This document shows, in pieces, positions 19,309 to 29,529 of a stretch of 34,402 nucleotides of DNA (position 1 is the stretch's first letter; every line of letters starts with the position of its first letter). The notes under the pieces were generated by a model, which saw only the letters and a program-made list of their open reading frames with translations, was not told where the DNA came from and did no database searches. This stretch comes from an archaeon. GTDB taxonomy: Archaea; Undinarchaeota; Undinarchaeia; Undinarchaeales; JALTGF01. The translations under genes and the position numbers were made by a program. The DNA is taken from assembly GCA_027077325.1 (NCBI GenBank), contig JALTGF010000052.1, positions 1 through 34,402 on the forward strand, given 5' to 3'.

Positions 19309-20786
19309 TCTGGAAGCTTAACTCCTAGTTTTCTTAAATTTTCTTCAATTAAAGCATCATCCCTGCTTCTCGTTATCTTAGCTAAAAGTGAAAGGTTCTT
19401 AACAAGCCCTATGTTTGACCCTTCTGGAGTTTCATTTGGGCAAAGCCTTCCCCAATGAGTTGCATGAAGGTCACGGGCCTCGAAATGAGGTTGTGTTGTA
19501 CTTAACAATGACCTAACCCTCCTTCTGTGTGACATTGATGAAAGGAAATTCATCCTATCCAAATGCTGTGAAACCCCTTGCCTGTTGCCAATCCATGCAC
19601 CTGTTGCAACAGCGTGTTGAATTCTTTCTGTAAGGAAGTTTGATCTAATTGTAGTTATAACTGACATCTTCCTGTTTCTCTTGTATGCTTTTTCAAGAGA
19701 ATAAACGGTGTTATTAATCAATGCCCTAAATGCAACCCTGAACAAGTCCTCAAATAAAGTTCCTGCAAGTCTCAGTCTCTTGTTTGAGTAGTGGTCTTTA
19801 TCATCCACTCTTGTTTTCTTTAAATGTAGCTTAATAACTCTCTCTGCCATTTTTGCTAAGTAGTACGCCTTCCTAGTCCTGTCCTTTGGCAGTAGCCCAA
19901 TATGTGGTAGTAAAAATGTATCTAAAATTCTCTTTGCCCTCTCAATTCTTTCTGGCTTGTTTTGTCCAAATGCAACTTTCTTTCCAAGATAGTCTAAGGC
20001 TTCATCCACGGTGTTGTACTCTGCTGCTTCTTCAAAGCTTACATATAACTCTGCTTGGACTTCTGGGTCATCTGAGACCATCTCAACTATCTTTGAATCT
20101 TTTTCAATCCCAAGTGCGCGCATAACAACTACAAATGGTATCTGTTTTGAGAATGGGGGCGTGGTGACTACAATATTCCCGTCCTTCTTTTCATCCACGC
20201 TGTTTCTACGCCTGTACCAGCTGCCTTCAGAAAACACACGGACGGATTCCGTGTTTGTTCCAGTTGTGACTTGCTCTAAGTTTAGCTTATTTGCTGCGAG
20301 ATCCTCAACTAAAATAATAACTCTCTCGGTTCCATTTACAATAAAGTAGCCGCCTGGATCTTCAGGATCCTCCCCTGCTTTTATTAGTTCTTCTCTGCTC
20401 ATTCCATTTAGCAGGCATATGTTTGACTTCAACATAACAGGGATTTCGCCAATTTTTGGGGTTATCTTGTCTTGGTCAACGCCATCTTTTATTGGAACCA
20501 TCTCTAAGAATAATGGTGCTGAATAAGTCAAGTCCCTAAGTCTTGCTTCATTAGGGAGTATCTTCCTAATTGATCCATTTGCTTCCCTAACTGCTGGTTT
20601 CCCAATCTTTATGTTCTCTAGGCGAATCTCAAAATTTTCAATTTCTGGTTGGATAACTCCAACTTCATCAACAACTTTCTGTAATCCGTTCTCAATAAAA
20701 TCATTATATGACTCAATCTGGTGATTTATTAATCCATTTTCTTCGACAAATGCTTTTATAAGACTATCATACCTTTTATCCATCAT
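19305..20786 (-). CDS. rpoB2: RNA polymerase subunit B'' (Rpo2N)
   Basis: [44 protein letters not shown]. Confidence 0.98.
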   Translation of the reverse strand: MMDKRYDSLIKAFVEENGLINHQIESYNDFIENGLQKVVDEVGVIQPEIENFEIRLENIKIGKPAVREANGSIRKILPNEARLRDLTYSAPLFLEMVPIKDGVDQDKITPKIGEIPVMLKSNICLLNGMSREELIKAGEDPEDPGGYFIVNGTERVIILVEDLAANKLNLEQVTTGTNTESVRVFSEGSWYRRRNSVDEKKDGNIVVTTPPFSKQIPFVVVMRALGIEKDSKIVEMVSDDPEVQAELYVSFEEAAEYNTVDEALDYLGKKVAFGQNKPERIERAKRILDTFLLPHIGLLPKDRTRKAYYLAKMAERVIKLHLKKTRVDDKDHYSNKRLRLAGTLFEDLFRVAFRALINNTVYSLEKAYKRNRKMSVITTIRSNFLTERIQHAVATGAWIGNRQGVSQHLDRMNFLSSMSHRRRVRSLLSTTQPHFEARDLHATHWGRLCPNETPEGSNIGLVKNLSLLAKITRSRDDALIEENLRKLGVKLPE

Positions 20787-21031
20787 ATCACAACCCTATA
20801 ATATATTGCTTTTCCAGCAGTTTTGCTGTTCCGCGTTATCTTTATAATGTCCCCTCTCTTTGCTTTTAGGTGATGTATCGCCCGGTCTTTCTTTAATATT
20901 TTTGGAAGTTGCAATCGTGTAACCCCTAACTCCTTTAGTAACTTCTCACTTTCCTTATCTGAGAGAAGTTCGTGCTTTGGGACAAATTCGTGCTTGCTTA
21001 TGTCTATTTTTATATCGTTTTCCTCTTCCAT
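20783..21031 (-). CDS. rpoH: RNA polymerase subunit H (Rpo5)
   Basis: HEFVPKHELL...QLPKI...GDIIKITRNS.TAG..IYYRVV. Confidence 0.98.
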   Translation of the reverse strand: MEEENDIKIDISKHEFVPKHELLSDKESEKLLKELGVTRLQLPKILKKDRAIHHLKAKRGDIIKITRNSKTAGKAIYYRVVI

Positions 21032-21048
21032 CTTATTTTATTATACTA

Positions 21049-21173
21049 TGGGGGGCCCGACGGGATTTTCCTTCACATTGCCTATGCAATGTGTATTTTG
21101 AACCCGCGACCCCTTGGTTTCTTCGCCTTTCGGCTTAAAAGCCAAGTGCTCTCCCAGCCTGAGCTACGGGCCC
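21049..21173 (-). tRNA. tRNA-Lys(TTT) with two introns: 17 nt at 37/38 (21119-21135) and 31 nt at 59/60 (21066-21096); encoded CCA
   Basis: Acceptor GGGCCCG/CGGGCCC. Anticodon arm CTTGG-CTTTTA|AGCCGAAAGGCGAAGAA|A-CCAAG with BHB CTTT:GAAG. T arm GCGGG-TTCAAA|...CACATTGC-ATAG-GCAATGTG...GGAAAA|T-CCCGT. Confidence 0.94.
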
Positions 21174-21184
21174 GACCTTTTAAG

Positions 21185-21256
21185 CGCCCTGGCCGGAATT
21201 CGAATCCGGGTCACGGCCTCGACAGGGCCGTATGATAGCCACTACACCACCAGGGC
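21185..21256 (-). tRNA. tRNA-Asp(GTC), intronless
   Basis: GCCCTGG/CCAGGGC, CGGCC-CTGTCGA-GGCCG, CCGGA-TTCGAAT-TCCGG. Confidence 0.96.
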
Positions 21257-21400
21257 AGCATTTATTTTTGGCCGCCCCCATCACATAGCAATTAGTCTAT
21301 ACCTTAATAACTCAAATAAATTCTAGACTCTCCCCTCTGTGTATGTTTTAAGATTCACTTTGTGTAGTGGAACGACCATGAGATTTTTTTAATGCTAAGT

Positions 21401-21518
21401 GCCTGACAGCGTCCTGCTTTTTCCGCACCGAAGTGCAGTACTCAACAGATCGTCGGAGGGCTTAACTGCTGTGTTCGGAATGGGAACAGGTGTTTCCCCT
21501 CCACTATGGCCGTCAGAC
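21401..21518 (-). rRNA. rrf: 5S rRNA (stand-alone, upstream of tRNA-Asp/Lys)
   Basis: GGCCATAG...GAAACACCTGTTCCCATTCCGAACACAGCAGTTAAG core; terminal helix GTCTGACGGC/GCTGTCAGGC; no 16S/23S adjacent. Confidence 0.95.
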
Positions 21519-21541
21519 TCTCTACATAAATGTTATTTGAG

Positions 21542-21556
21542 TATATAAAGGTTACT
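21542..21556 (-). promoter_or_regulatory. TATA box for the 5S rRNA
   Basis: Minus strand TTTATATA about 24-31 nt upstream of the 5S 5' end. Confidence 0.6.
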
Positions 21557-21563
21557 ATTTTAA

Positions 21564-22859
21564 TCAAATTTTGATTACTCTCCTCACCTTTAGAGACCTA
21601 TTATTATAAGCCCTGTATATCCATTCAACTAAAAAAGAGGCAAAAAATATCGCAATTAGTGTTATCAATGTTATCATTGACGTATTTACTAAGTAATAGG
21701 CCAGTACGATAAACGCTATAATGCTCCCTAGAATTGAAATCCAAATTATGTATGGGTTTGCCTTTGTTCTTTTATACACTCTCAAGTGTCCAATGTTTAC
21801 TGCTAGATATATCAACAAAAACATTGCACTCCCTAGCATTGCAATTTTGCTTAGGTCAAACAAGTCTGTAATTAAAATAACCAGCCCTGCAGTTATAAAT
21901 AGCCCTTCAATGTCCTTCCCCCATACCTTTCTTTCAAAAATCCTTGGCAGTTCTCCATACTTTGCAATTATGTAACTCACATTTGCACCACCATATAAAG
22001 TGGCGTTAATAGCAGATGCTGTTGAGAACATAGCTGCAATTGCTATCGCTTTAAATCCAACTAACCCTAAAAATGGCTTGGCCGCTTCTGCAAGTGCATA
22101 ATCTTTTGCTTTTATGATTTCAGATACTGGCAAATTTCCAATTACAGCAATTGAAACGCCAACATATATCATAATTACCATAATCACACTAAGATACAAT
22201 GCCCTTGGAATTGTTTTTATAGGGTTTTTTACATCCTCTGCAGCATTTGTAATAAGCCCAAAGCCTTCATAAGCAAGAAATACAACTGCTGCTGCAAATA
22301 AAATGCTGCTTGCCGGTGTCCATTTTGAGACAGAGAGAAGTTGCGGTTTTATAAAGAGTGAGCCAATTCCTGCAAACAGTATCAGAACTCCAACCTTTAC
22401 GGTAACTATAAACAACTCTGATTTTCCCATTGCCTCAGATCCAATAAAATTAACAATTGTAAACAAAACTATTATCCCACCCGAAATTAAATTCATGTTA
22501 TATGCTGGGCTGTTTGGAAAAAAAGTAAGGGCATAAGCTGCAAATGCTCTCGCGTAAAGTGCAAGGGCAAATATGTACCCAACCCATAGTAAAGTATTGA
22601 ACGCGCCGCTTAATACGTTGTCTCCAAGCCCCCTTATTAGGAACTCAACTGGCCCGCCTGCTGATGGAAATCTCATGCTTAACTTTGCATAAGAATATGT
22701 ACTAAACAATGCAAGTGCTCCGGCTATTATAAAAGAAATATAAACTGCATTACCAGCAATTTCACATGCAGTCCCTAATATAGAAAAAATTCCGGCGCCT
22801 ACCATGCCACCTATCCCAATGGATATTGCTGACCATAGCCCTAATTTTTTATTTTTCAT
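21564..22859 (-). CDS. APC-family amino acid permease
   Basis: GGMVGAGIF (TM1), FLAYEGF (TM6), about 12 TM segments. Confidence 0.92.
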   Translation of the reverse strand: MKNKKLGLWSAISIGIGGMVGAGIFSILGTACEIAGNAVYISFIIAGALALFSTYSYAKLSMRFPSAGGPVEFLIRGLGDNVLSGAFNTLLWVGYIFALALYARAFAAYALTFFPNSPAYNMNLISGGIIVLFTIVNFIGSEAMGKSELFIVTVKVGVLILFAGIGSLFIKPQLLSVSKWTPASSILFAAAVVFLAYEGFGLITNAAEDVKNPIKTIPRALYLSVIMVIMIYVGVSIAVIGNLPVSEIIKAKDYALAEAAKPFLGLVGFKAIAIAAMFSTASAINATLYGGANVSYIIAKYGELPRIFERKVWGKDIEGLFITAGLVILITDLFDLSKIAMLGSAMFLLIYLAVNIGHLRVYKRTKANPYIIWISILGSIIAFIVLAYYLVNTSMITLITLIAIFFASFLVEWIYRAYNNRSLKVRRVIKI

Positions 22860-23251
22860 TTTTTAACTTCAAATCTCCACATCCCGTCCTTCTCTTTAAA
22901 CCCTGCTTTTTCATATATCTTCCAAAGCGCTTTGGTTTCTTCGTTTGGCATATGCTCTCCTAAAAGTGCCATTCCCTTTATTATTGTAGTGCCTTTTTCT
23001 ATTGCATATCCCTTAGCAACATTTATTAAAGCACTACCGATACCCTGCCTTTTGTACGGGCTTCTAACTTTTGGCCCTTCAAAATAAGCAATCCTTTCCC
23101 TTTTTTCCTTGTAAAAGTACATTCTCAGGTGTCCTTTTCTTGGTAGCACATCGACATTTACATAATAGCCAGTGCTGGTTTTAAATGGCTTAGAAATGTA
23201 AACCTCAATCTCCTTGCCATTGCTGTTCCGGTAAATTCTTTTCTCGCTCAT
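22856..23251 (-). CDS. GNAT family N-acetyltransferase
   Basis: Acetyl-CoA motif V...YKRQGIGSALI and C-terminal IYEKAGF. Confidence 0.82.
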   Translation of the reverse strand: MSEKRIYRNSNGKEIEVYISKPFKTSTGYYVNVDVLPRKGHLRMYFYKEKRERIAYFEGPKVRSPYKRQGIGSALINVAKGYAIEKGTTIIKGMALLGEHMPNEETKALWKIYEKAGFKEKDGMWRFEVKK

Positions 23252-23310
23252 CGCCCTTATATTCTCAAGAGATATTTATTTATATTTCCTATAAAAATAA
23301 TGATAAGGTT

Positions 23311-23407
23311 CCCCCGATAGCTCAACGGTAGAGCGGCCGGCTGTAGTTCGTCACTCGCGTTGCGAGTAGAAACCGGCAGGTTCCAGGTTCAAATCCAGGT
23401 CGGGGGA
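23311..23407 (+). tRNA. tRNA-Tyr(GTA) with a 25-nt canonical 37/38 intron (23347-23371)
   Basis: C1-G72 acceptor CCCCCGA/TCGGGGG, discriminator A; GCCGG-CTGTAG|intron|A-CCGGC; BHB CTGT:GTAG; T stem CCAGG/CCAGG has an A.A mismatch. Confidence 0.92.
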
Positions 23408-23447
23408 CTTCTTTATTCTACTAAATAATTAACTGAGATATATGAAC

Positions 23448-24623
23448 TTATCCTCTTCGATATTTTTCATAAATGTCTTCCCATATCTTTGCAATCTTAG
23501 AAGCCGAGAACTGCATTACAAATCTTTTTCCACCTTCTCCAAGCTCTTTCTGTTTCTTTGGATTTTTGAATAGCAATTCTATTTTTTCTGCAATAGAACG
23601 GTAATCTCCAGGATTTACAAGAAACCCATTCTTGTTATTAATGTATTCTGGTAAAGCAGAGGCTTTAACCCCTATAACGGGCAGGGAATTTGCCATTGCA
23701 TGCATTGCTGCCAGGCATTGTGTTTCAACTGTACTTGTAATAACAAAAACTTTGCTTATTTTATAAATGTCTGCTATCTCTTTCTTATTAAGAAACCCAA
23801 GGAATCTAACAGAACTTTCAACACCTAGCTCTTTAGAAAGTGCACGAAGTTTATCCTCTGAAATACCTTTCCCTATCAAAGTGAGTGTTATTTCTGGGAT
23901 TTTCTTTTTAACCAGTGAAACTGCCTTTATTATAACGTCGATATTTTTCTCATCAGACAGTCGCCCGCAATACACTGTGTTGAATCTCGATAATCCATAC
24001 TTTTCCCTAATTGCTTGCTTTTTCTTTTTTGACAAAACAGAAACCGGAAAATTAACTGGATTTGGAACTACATTAGCTGGTATTTTCAAACCTTGCCTTT
24101 TCATTCCATCTAGAATTGTTTTGCTCGGGGAACTAATAAATCTGCATCTATTGTAATAGTAGCTATAATATTTTGCAAATAAGTTCCCTAACCTGTGATA
24201 ATTTTTGACATACCCTTGGATATATGTATGATTTGTGCCAATTAAAGGAATTCGAAAAATTCTTGAAGCTATTACTGCTTCAATTCCTGCCCCAAAAGGG
24301 GAGTGGACATGAATAACATCTGGCTTAAATTTTTTTATATGTCTTAAACTAGTTCCAATGGGTATCGCTGCTCTTCCTTGTCCAGTGCCTGTCTTAAATG
24401 GGAACGATTTTAGTCGTATGACCCTAACTTTTTTATCTATCTCTAATTCGCGGAAAGGAAGATTTACAAATTCATAATCTTTTTTTGAATAGTAAGGAAC
24501 ATAAACATTTATGTAATGGCCTCTTTTTGCAAGATTCTTTGATACCTCAATTATGGAATCACTAATCCCACTTATTTCCGGATAAAAATTATCTGAGAAT
24601 ATGGCAATTTTCATACTAATCAA
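23448..24623 (-). CDS. GT4 glycosyltransferase (diacylglycerol glucosyltransferase-like)
   Basis: MKIAIFSDNFYPEISGI, DVIHVHSPF, GRLSDEKN, ETQCLAAMHAMA; start possibly at 24614. Confidence 0.88.
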   Translation of the reverse strand: MISMKIAIFSDNFYPEISGISDSIIEVSKNLAKRGHYINVYVPYYSKKDYEFVNLPFRELEIDKKVRVIRLKSFPFKTGTGQGRAAIPIGTSLRHIKKFKPDVIHVHSPFGAGIEAVIASRIFRIPLIGTNHTYIQGYVKNYHRLGNLFAKYYSYYYNRCRFISSPSKTILDGMKRQGLKIPANVVPNPVNFPVSVLSKKKKQAIREKYGLSRFNTVYCGRLSDEKNIDVIIKAVSLVKKKIPEITLTLIGKGISEDKLRALSKELGVESSVRFLGFLNKKEIADIYKISKVFVITSTVETQCLAAMHAMANSLPVIGVKASALPEYINNKNGFLVNPGDYRSIAEKIELLFKNPKKQKELGEGGKRFVMQFSASKIAKIWEDIYEKYRRG

Positions 24624-24625
24624 AT

Positions 24626-25249
24626 CTATTTTTTAAGTTTTACTAACCCCCTTGTTGTAATTTTTGAAACTCCCTTAGATATCAAGGGAATTAAAACACT
24701 TAAACAAACGATAAATACAATCAATGCTGTAACTAAATTAAAATATTCTGTAAATTTGTTGAATGCTAGGCCAAAATAAAACCCAACTAATGTAAAAAAT
24801 AGCGCTATTGGAATGTTGATACCAAGACTTACCAGGAAAAATTTTTTGAAAGACATATTGTGGGCAATAAGCACAATTCCAAGCCCCGGAACTACTGGCG
24901 AAAGTTTTATCGCAATCAATGTCTTTACAGCGTGTTTCTTTAGGTAAGAATATATTGTGGCAATGCGTGATTTTGATAGCCCAAGATGCTTTCCGTATCT
25001 CTTAATAAACTTTTTTTTGCCAAAATAGCCAATAGAAAAGAACACCAAGTCTGCGACAAGATTCCCAAGTATGGAAAGGGCAAATATTACGTAAACATCA
25101 AAAAGTCCTAAGGAGGCAGCAAAAGCCGAGGCAGAGGTAATTATTGGGCCTTCAATAATCATTGCAATAAAAACGAGAGGGTATCTCTGCCCTTGAATAA
25201 AAGCCAGTGCCCCGACAAAGGTAAGAAAGCTCATCTTAGTTCTCCTCAA
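24626..25249 (-). CDS. DedA/VTT-domain membrane protein
   Basis: IEGP...GNLVADLVFFSIG...YG...GL pattern, multi-TM. Confidence 0.8.
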   Translation of the reverse strand: MRRTKMSFLTFVGALAFIQGQRYPLVFIAMIIEGPIITSASAFAASLGLFDVYVIFALSILGNLVADLVFFSIGYFGKKKFIKRYGKHLGLSKSRIATIYSYLKKHAVKTLIAIKLSPVVPGLGIVLIAHNMSFKKFFLVSLGINIPIALFFTLVGFYFGLAFNKFTEYFNLVTALIVFIVCLSVLIPLISKGVSKITTRGLVKLKK

Positions 25250-26291
25250 TTACTTGCATAAACTTTTTTACAGATTCTCTAGTATCCCACAATGGGCTGA
25301 ACCCATTAAGATTCTTGGATTTTCCTATGTCTTCTTTTAAATTCATTTCATTTTGATTAACATACCTAAAATATCCTTTCTCTTCATAATACCTCGCCAA
25401 ATACTCCTGTTCTGTCTGCCCCGGAGTTGGTATAAGTAATGCATTTTTATTTAGCTCGGCCAGTTCCATCATTGTAGTATAGCCAGGACGGCTTATTATA
25501 AATCTTGCGCGGTTCATTGTTTCCTCTTGTTTTTTTGCATCCAAAAAACTGTAGAATGTTATATTTTTAAAGTGTTTCTCAATCTTTGCGCTTGGATTTC
25601 CGCCTGCAATAACAACTTTCCCATAATTTAAAGAATTAATTTGCTCCATAATTTTTTTTTCAAAAACAGTTCTCTGTGGCTCTGGGCCTGAAATTGAAAT
25701 AAAATAATTTATATCCTTTCTTAATTCTAGCTTTTTTAGATGTGATAAAATTCCAATGTATTCTATTTTTTCCTCTTGGATGTACCTCAAATTATGGTCA
25801 AGGTCTCCTGCCAAACTATTTTCATCAAAATCTGGGACAATAATCTTTCCATACTTTCTCATCATTTTTGCAAGCCACCACTCCAGTGGGTTTTCAACGC
25901 CATATGGGGCTTTAATTCTCAGCTGGTGGTTTATGAGATATGATTTTTCCGGGATATCATAAACATCAAACCGGCAGTCAGAGATTATCTTGTCAAACCC
26001 TTTTTTTATTATCTTTTCAGATTGTTTTCTTGCAGTTCTCAAACTTCTCAGAACCCTTGGTATTGACATCACAAAATAGGGCACAAAAAATCGCGTTTTG
26101 TTGTATGGGACATAAACACTTGGAACATCATAATATATGCAATTTTCTTTGAATTGATTTTTAAGAAGTTCAAGTGCCCTTCCTGTACTAATTATATGTA
26201 CCTCGTGCTTTTTTAGAAGTTCATCAATTAGCGGGATATCTCTTGTTGCATGCCCAAGTCCCCAGTCAAAGACACCAAATAATATTTTCAT
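25236..26291 (-). CDS. GT-B glycosyltransferase (GT28 C-terminal domain family)
   Basis: WGLGHATR, ISRPGYTTMME, IPTPGQTEQEYLA. Confidence 0.85.
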   Translation of the reverse strand: MKILFGVFDWGLGHATRDIPLIDELLKKHEVHIISTGRALELLKNQFKENCIYYDVPSVYVPYNKTRFFVPYFVMSIPRVLRSLRTARKQSEKIIKKGFDKIISDCRFDVYDIPEKSYLINHQLRIKAPYGVENPLEWWLAKMMRKYGKIIVPDFDENSLAGDLDHNLRYIQEEKIEYIGILSHLKKLELRKDINYFISISGPEPQRTVFEKKIMEQINSLNYGKVVIAGGNPSAKIEKHFKNITFYSFLDAKKQEETMNRARFIISRPGYTTMMELAELNKNALLIPTPGQTEQEYLARYYEEKGYFRYVNQNEMNLKEDIGKSKNLNGFSPLWDTRESVKKFMQVIEEN

Positions 26292-27337
26292 TTACCTTTT
26301 TCCAATTCTTCTTTAATTATCTTTAGTTTCTTTTTATAATTCCAGATTAGCCATTCTTTTTTAATAATTACGTGGTAAATCAGTAGATATGCTATGGCAG
26401 TAACTAGGACTATATCCCAAAAATTAATGATTAAGAATGAATAGATGTAGATAACTAATGTGTGGCCAATCCTATCTAATATATCAAATTCGGGAGACTT
26501 TAACCTAACAACTTTGTACTCAACTTTTTTGTTTGAAACACTTACCTTAATATAATGGTAAAAATAGTGTTTGGGATCGGAGCCCATTAGTTCGGCGCCT
26601 GCACCCCCGGTGACAATGTACGGCGTATTGCTCCAATTGCCTCTGAAATATCCATGCACATGAGATGCAAAAACCATAGTTACATTGTACCTGTGAAAAA
26701 GATTATTCAAGTTTCTTGCACAGGACCTATTCTCCAATCCATAATATGTGGTGTGATTGCTCTCTCTCGGGTCATACAGTGGCACATGCATGAAAACAAA
26801 GCGATATCGATAATCCTGGCTTTTTTGCAGTTCATTTTTTAACCAATTCATTTGCCAACTGTCAATGCATTTTTCATTTGAATCATCCAAAATCAGGAAA
26901 TAACTATTATTGAGGGCAAAAGAGTAATAGAATCTCCCAAACATATCATAATAATTTCCCCTTCCGTTTCCTATCAGTTCGTGATTACCTATCACGGTAA
27001 GCAATGGTTTATTAAAGTTTTTAATTTGCTTGATAAAAAAGTGAAGCGCCTCTTTCTCGCCATCAAAAGCCAAATCGCCATCATCAATAGAAAACAGGAC
27101 ATTTTCCTTATTTACTTTTTTTATTAAAGAATTAAATGTTGTTACTGAATTCTTATTGTCTCCAAAAACCACAAATGAAAAATTGCTTTGTGTTTTGTTT
27201 ATTTCTTGTATTTGATTATAATTCCAGTTTTTTATGACAGGAAATGAAATCATGTCATAAATATTTACGCTAATAGCAGTCAGTAGAAAGACTAGAACTA
27301 TCGCCATTACATACTCATTAAATATTTTTGTCTTCAT
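26288..27337 (-). CDS. Membrane-anchored calcineurin-like metallophosphoesterase
   Basis: GD, GDL, GNHE, MHVP and SHVH motifs; N- and C-terminal TM segments. Confidence 0.88.
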   Translation of the reverse strand: MKTKIFNEYVMAIVLVFLLTAISVNIYDMISFPVIKNWNYNQIQEINKTQSNFSFVVFGDNKNSVTTFNSLIKKVNKENVLFSIDDGDLAFDGEKEALHFFIKQIKNFNKPLLTVIGNHELIGNGRGNYYDMFGRFYYSFALNNSYFLILDDSNEKCIDSWQMNWLKNELQKSQDYRYRFVFMHVPLYDPRESNHTTYYGLENRSCARNLNNLFHRYNVTMVFASHVHGYFRGNWSNTPYIVTGGAGAELMGSDPKHYFYHYIKVSVSNKKVEYKVVRLKSPEFDILDRIGHTLVIYIYSFLIINFWDIVLVTAIAYLLIYHVIIKKEWLIWNYKKKLKIIKEELEKGK

Positions 27338-27387
27338 CTTGATATGTATACATTAGATAGATGATACCCTAAATAGTTTATGATTTT

Positions 27388-28377
27388 CTAATCGCCATAT
27401 CCATTTGGATGCTTGCTATGCCATTCCCACGCGCTTGAAATAATTTCATTTATCCCATACTCAGGGCTCCAACCAAAAAGTTTTTTTGCTTTTTTATAGG
27501 ACGCAATAAGCACTGGTGGGTCTCCCGCCCTCCTTTTTTCATAGGTTACTGGTATCTCCATGCTAGTAATCTTTCTGCATGCTTCTATAATGTCTTTGAC
27601 AGAGTATCCTTTCTCATTTCCAAGATTGACTTCCTCACTTTTCATATGATCCCCCATATACTCAAGGGCAAGTTTGTGTGCCTTGCAAATATCTAGGACA
27701 TGAATATAATCTCTAACTGCTGTGCCGTCCTTGGTTGGATAGTCTGTTCCATATACGCTTATCTCCTTGCGTTTTTTCAATGCTACCTGCAAAACTAGCG
27801 GTATTAAGTGAGTTTCAGGCTGGTGGTCCTCGCCAATGTCCCCGCTAAAGTCTGCCCCGGCAACATTGAAATATCTCAAAGCAACATACTTAAGACCATA
27901 GGATTTATCATATCTTCTCAGTATTTGTTCAACCATCAATTTTGTCAGTCCATAGGTGTTTATAGGTTTTTTCGGATGGTCTTCTGTAATTGGTGTGTAT
28001 ACGGGAACTCCATAAACTGCTGCTGATGAGGAAAATACCAACTTTAAGCAGTTATGCTGTATCATCGCATCCAGCAAATTTATTGTATTCACAACATTGT
28101 TTCTAAAAAATTTTTTTGGGTCCCTCTCCGATTCACCAACTTCTATGGAACCAGCCAGATGGATTACAGAATCAATATCATGCTTGTTAAAAATTTTGTC
28201 TAATCCCTTTTTATCAGATAGGTCAATCTTGTAAAATGTTGTGCCTTTTGGAAGTGCTTCTTTGTGGCCATTTGACAAATTATCCAAGACAATTATGTTT
28301 TTCCCGGATTTTTTTAAGTAGTGAACTATATGGCTCCCAATATATCCCGCGCCACCTGTAACTAATGTGTATTTCAT
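27388..28377 (-). CDS. galE: UDP-glucose 4-epimerase
   Basis: GGAGYIGSH, SSSAAVYG, YGLTK, LRYFNVAGA, DGTAVRDYIHV. Confidence 0.96.
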   Translation of the reverse strand: MKYTLVTGGAGYIGSHIVHYLKKSGKNIIVLDNLSNGHKEALPKGTTFYKIDLSDKKGLDKIFNKHDIDSVIHLAGSIEVGESERDPKKFFRNNVVNTINLLDAMIQHNCLKLVFSSSAAVYGVPVYTPITEDHPKKPINTYGLTKLMVEQILRRYDKSYGLKYVALRYFNVAGADFSGDIGEDHQPETHLIPLVLQVALKKRKEISVYGTDYPTKDGTAVRDYIHVLDICKAHKLALEYMGDHMKSEEVNLGNEKGYSVKDIIEACRKITSMEIPVTYEKRRAGDPPVLIASYKKAKKLFGWSPEYGINEIISSAWEWHSKHPNGYGD

Positions 28378-28775
28378 TGTTTCTCCTTTTTATTACCTGT
28401 TTTCTTATTATAATATACGTCCTGAGTAAAATCTATAAAACTGTCAACAATTGCTATTCCTGTTGTTAGCGGGGAAATAATTCCTATAAGGACTGGGGAA
28501 ACAAGCCCCCTGGGAGGGATAACCCCAAATATCTCCAGCAGGCCTATAACTGAGATTAGTATCACAAGTGGCCCGTGTTCAAGCGAATATGGAATTGACC
28601 TTTCATAAATAGGGTCTATGAAAATGTCCTTTAATGTGAGAATAATCACCAGCCACAATAGGTAATCCTGCAAATTATATTGAAATACCAAGTACAAAAA
28701 AGCAAGCCATATCAGAAACCATATTGGATACAACTTTTTTATCCTGGCTATCCCTTCAGTGCTCATAATCAACAA
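28374..28775 (-). CDS. Hypothetical membrane protein
   Basis: About 4 hydrophobic segments; its stop overlaps the galE start (ATGA). Confidence 0.65.
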   Translation of the reverse strand: MLIMSTEGIARIKKLYPIWFLIWLAFLYLVFQYNLQDYLLWLVIILTLKDIFIDPIYERSIPYSLEHGPLVILISVIGLLEIFGVIPPRGLVSPVLIGIISPLTTGIAIVDSFIDFTQDVYYNKKTGNKKEKQ

Positions 28776-28848
28776 AGTATGGTTTACAAGATTTATAACT
28801 TTTGATTTGTCCTATATTTTTTAAACTATTAACTTCAATTATACCTTT

Positions 28849-29529
28849 ATGAAACTTGCAGTTCTTTTCTCAGGGGGAAAGGATTCAGCCTATGCTTTGT
28901 TTAAGGCAATGCAAAAAGAAGAAGTGGCTTGCTTAATTTCCATCCTTTCTGAAAACAAAGAAAGCTTCATGTTTCACACCCCAAACATTGAAATTACAAA
29001 GCTCCAGGCAGAAGCAATTGGCCTTCCTCTAATCCAAAAGCTCACGCCGGGGGAAAAAGAGAAAGAGCTTGAAGACTTGAAAGCCGCAATTCAGGAAGCA
29101 AAAGAAAAATTCGGGATTGGAGGCGTTGTGACCGGCGCGATTGAGTCCGTTTACCAGGCGTCGCGCGTGCAAAGAATTTGCAATGACCTAAACCTTTGGT
29201 GCTTTAATCCGCTTTGGCTAAAAGGCCAGGAATCCCTGCTTTATGAAATCCTAAAAAACAATTTTAAAGTAATTATCTCTGGGGTTTTTGCTTATCCTCT
29301 CAACAAAGAATGGCTCGGCCGCGCGCTGGATGAAGAAACTGTGAAGGAACTTGTTAAACTTCGCGAGAAATACAAGATAAGCCCTTCCGGCGAGGGCGGG
29401 GAAATTGAAACAACTGTTCTGGATGCACCGTTTTTCAAAAAGAGTATTGAGATTCTTGAATCAGAAGTAAAGGCAGGCAGGGACTCAGGAATTTTTATAA
29501 TAAAGAAAGCGAGGCTGGCTGAAAAATGA
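28849..29529 (+). CDS. dph6: Diphthine-ammonia ligase family PP-loop ATPase (Dph6/DUF71)
   Basis: LFSGGKDS, SFMFH, GAIESVYQ, GEGGEIETTVLDAPFF. Confidence 0.9.
   Translation: MKLAVLFSGGKDSAYALFKAMQKEEVACLISILSENKESFMFHTPNIEITKLQAEAIGLPLIQKLTPGEKEKELEDLKAAIQEAKEKFGIGGVVTGAIESVYQASRVQRICNDLNLWCFNPLWLKGQESLLYEILKNNFKVIISGVFAYPLNKEWLGRALDEETVKELVKLREKYKISPSGEGGEIETTVLDAPFFKKSIEILESEVKAGRDSGIFIIKKARLAEK

Noticed and set aside
8551-22536. Plus-strand ORFs opposite tuf, fusA, rpo and permease genes, and ORFs over tRNA-Lys/Asp
   Set aside because: Antisense shadows of conserved genes or overlaps with RNA genes; no independent motifs.
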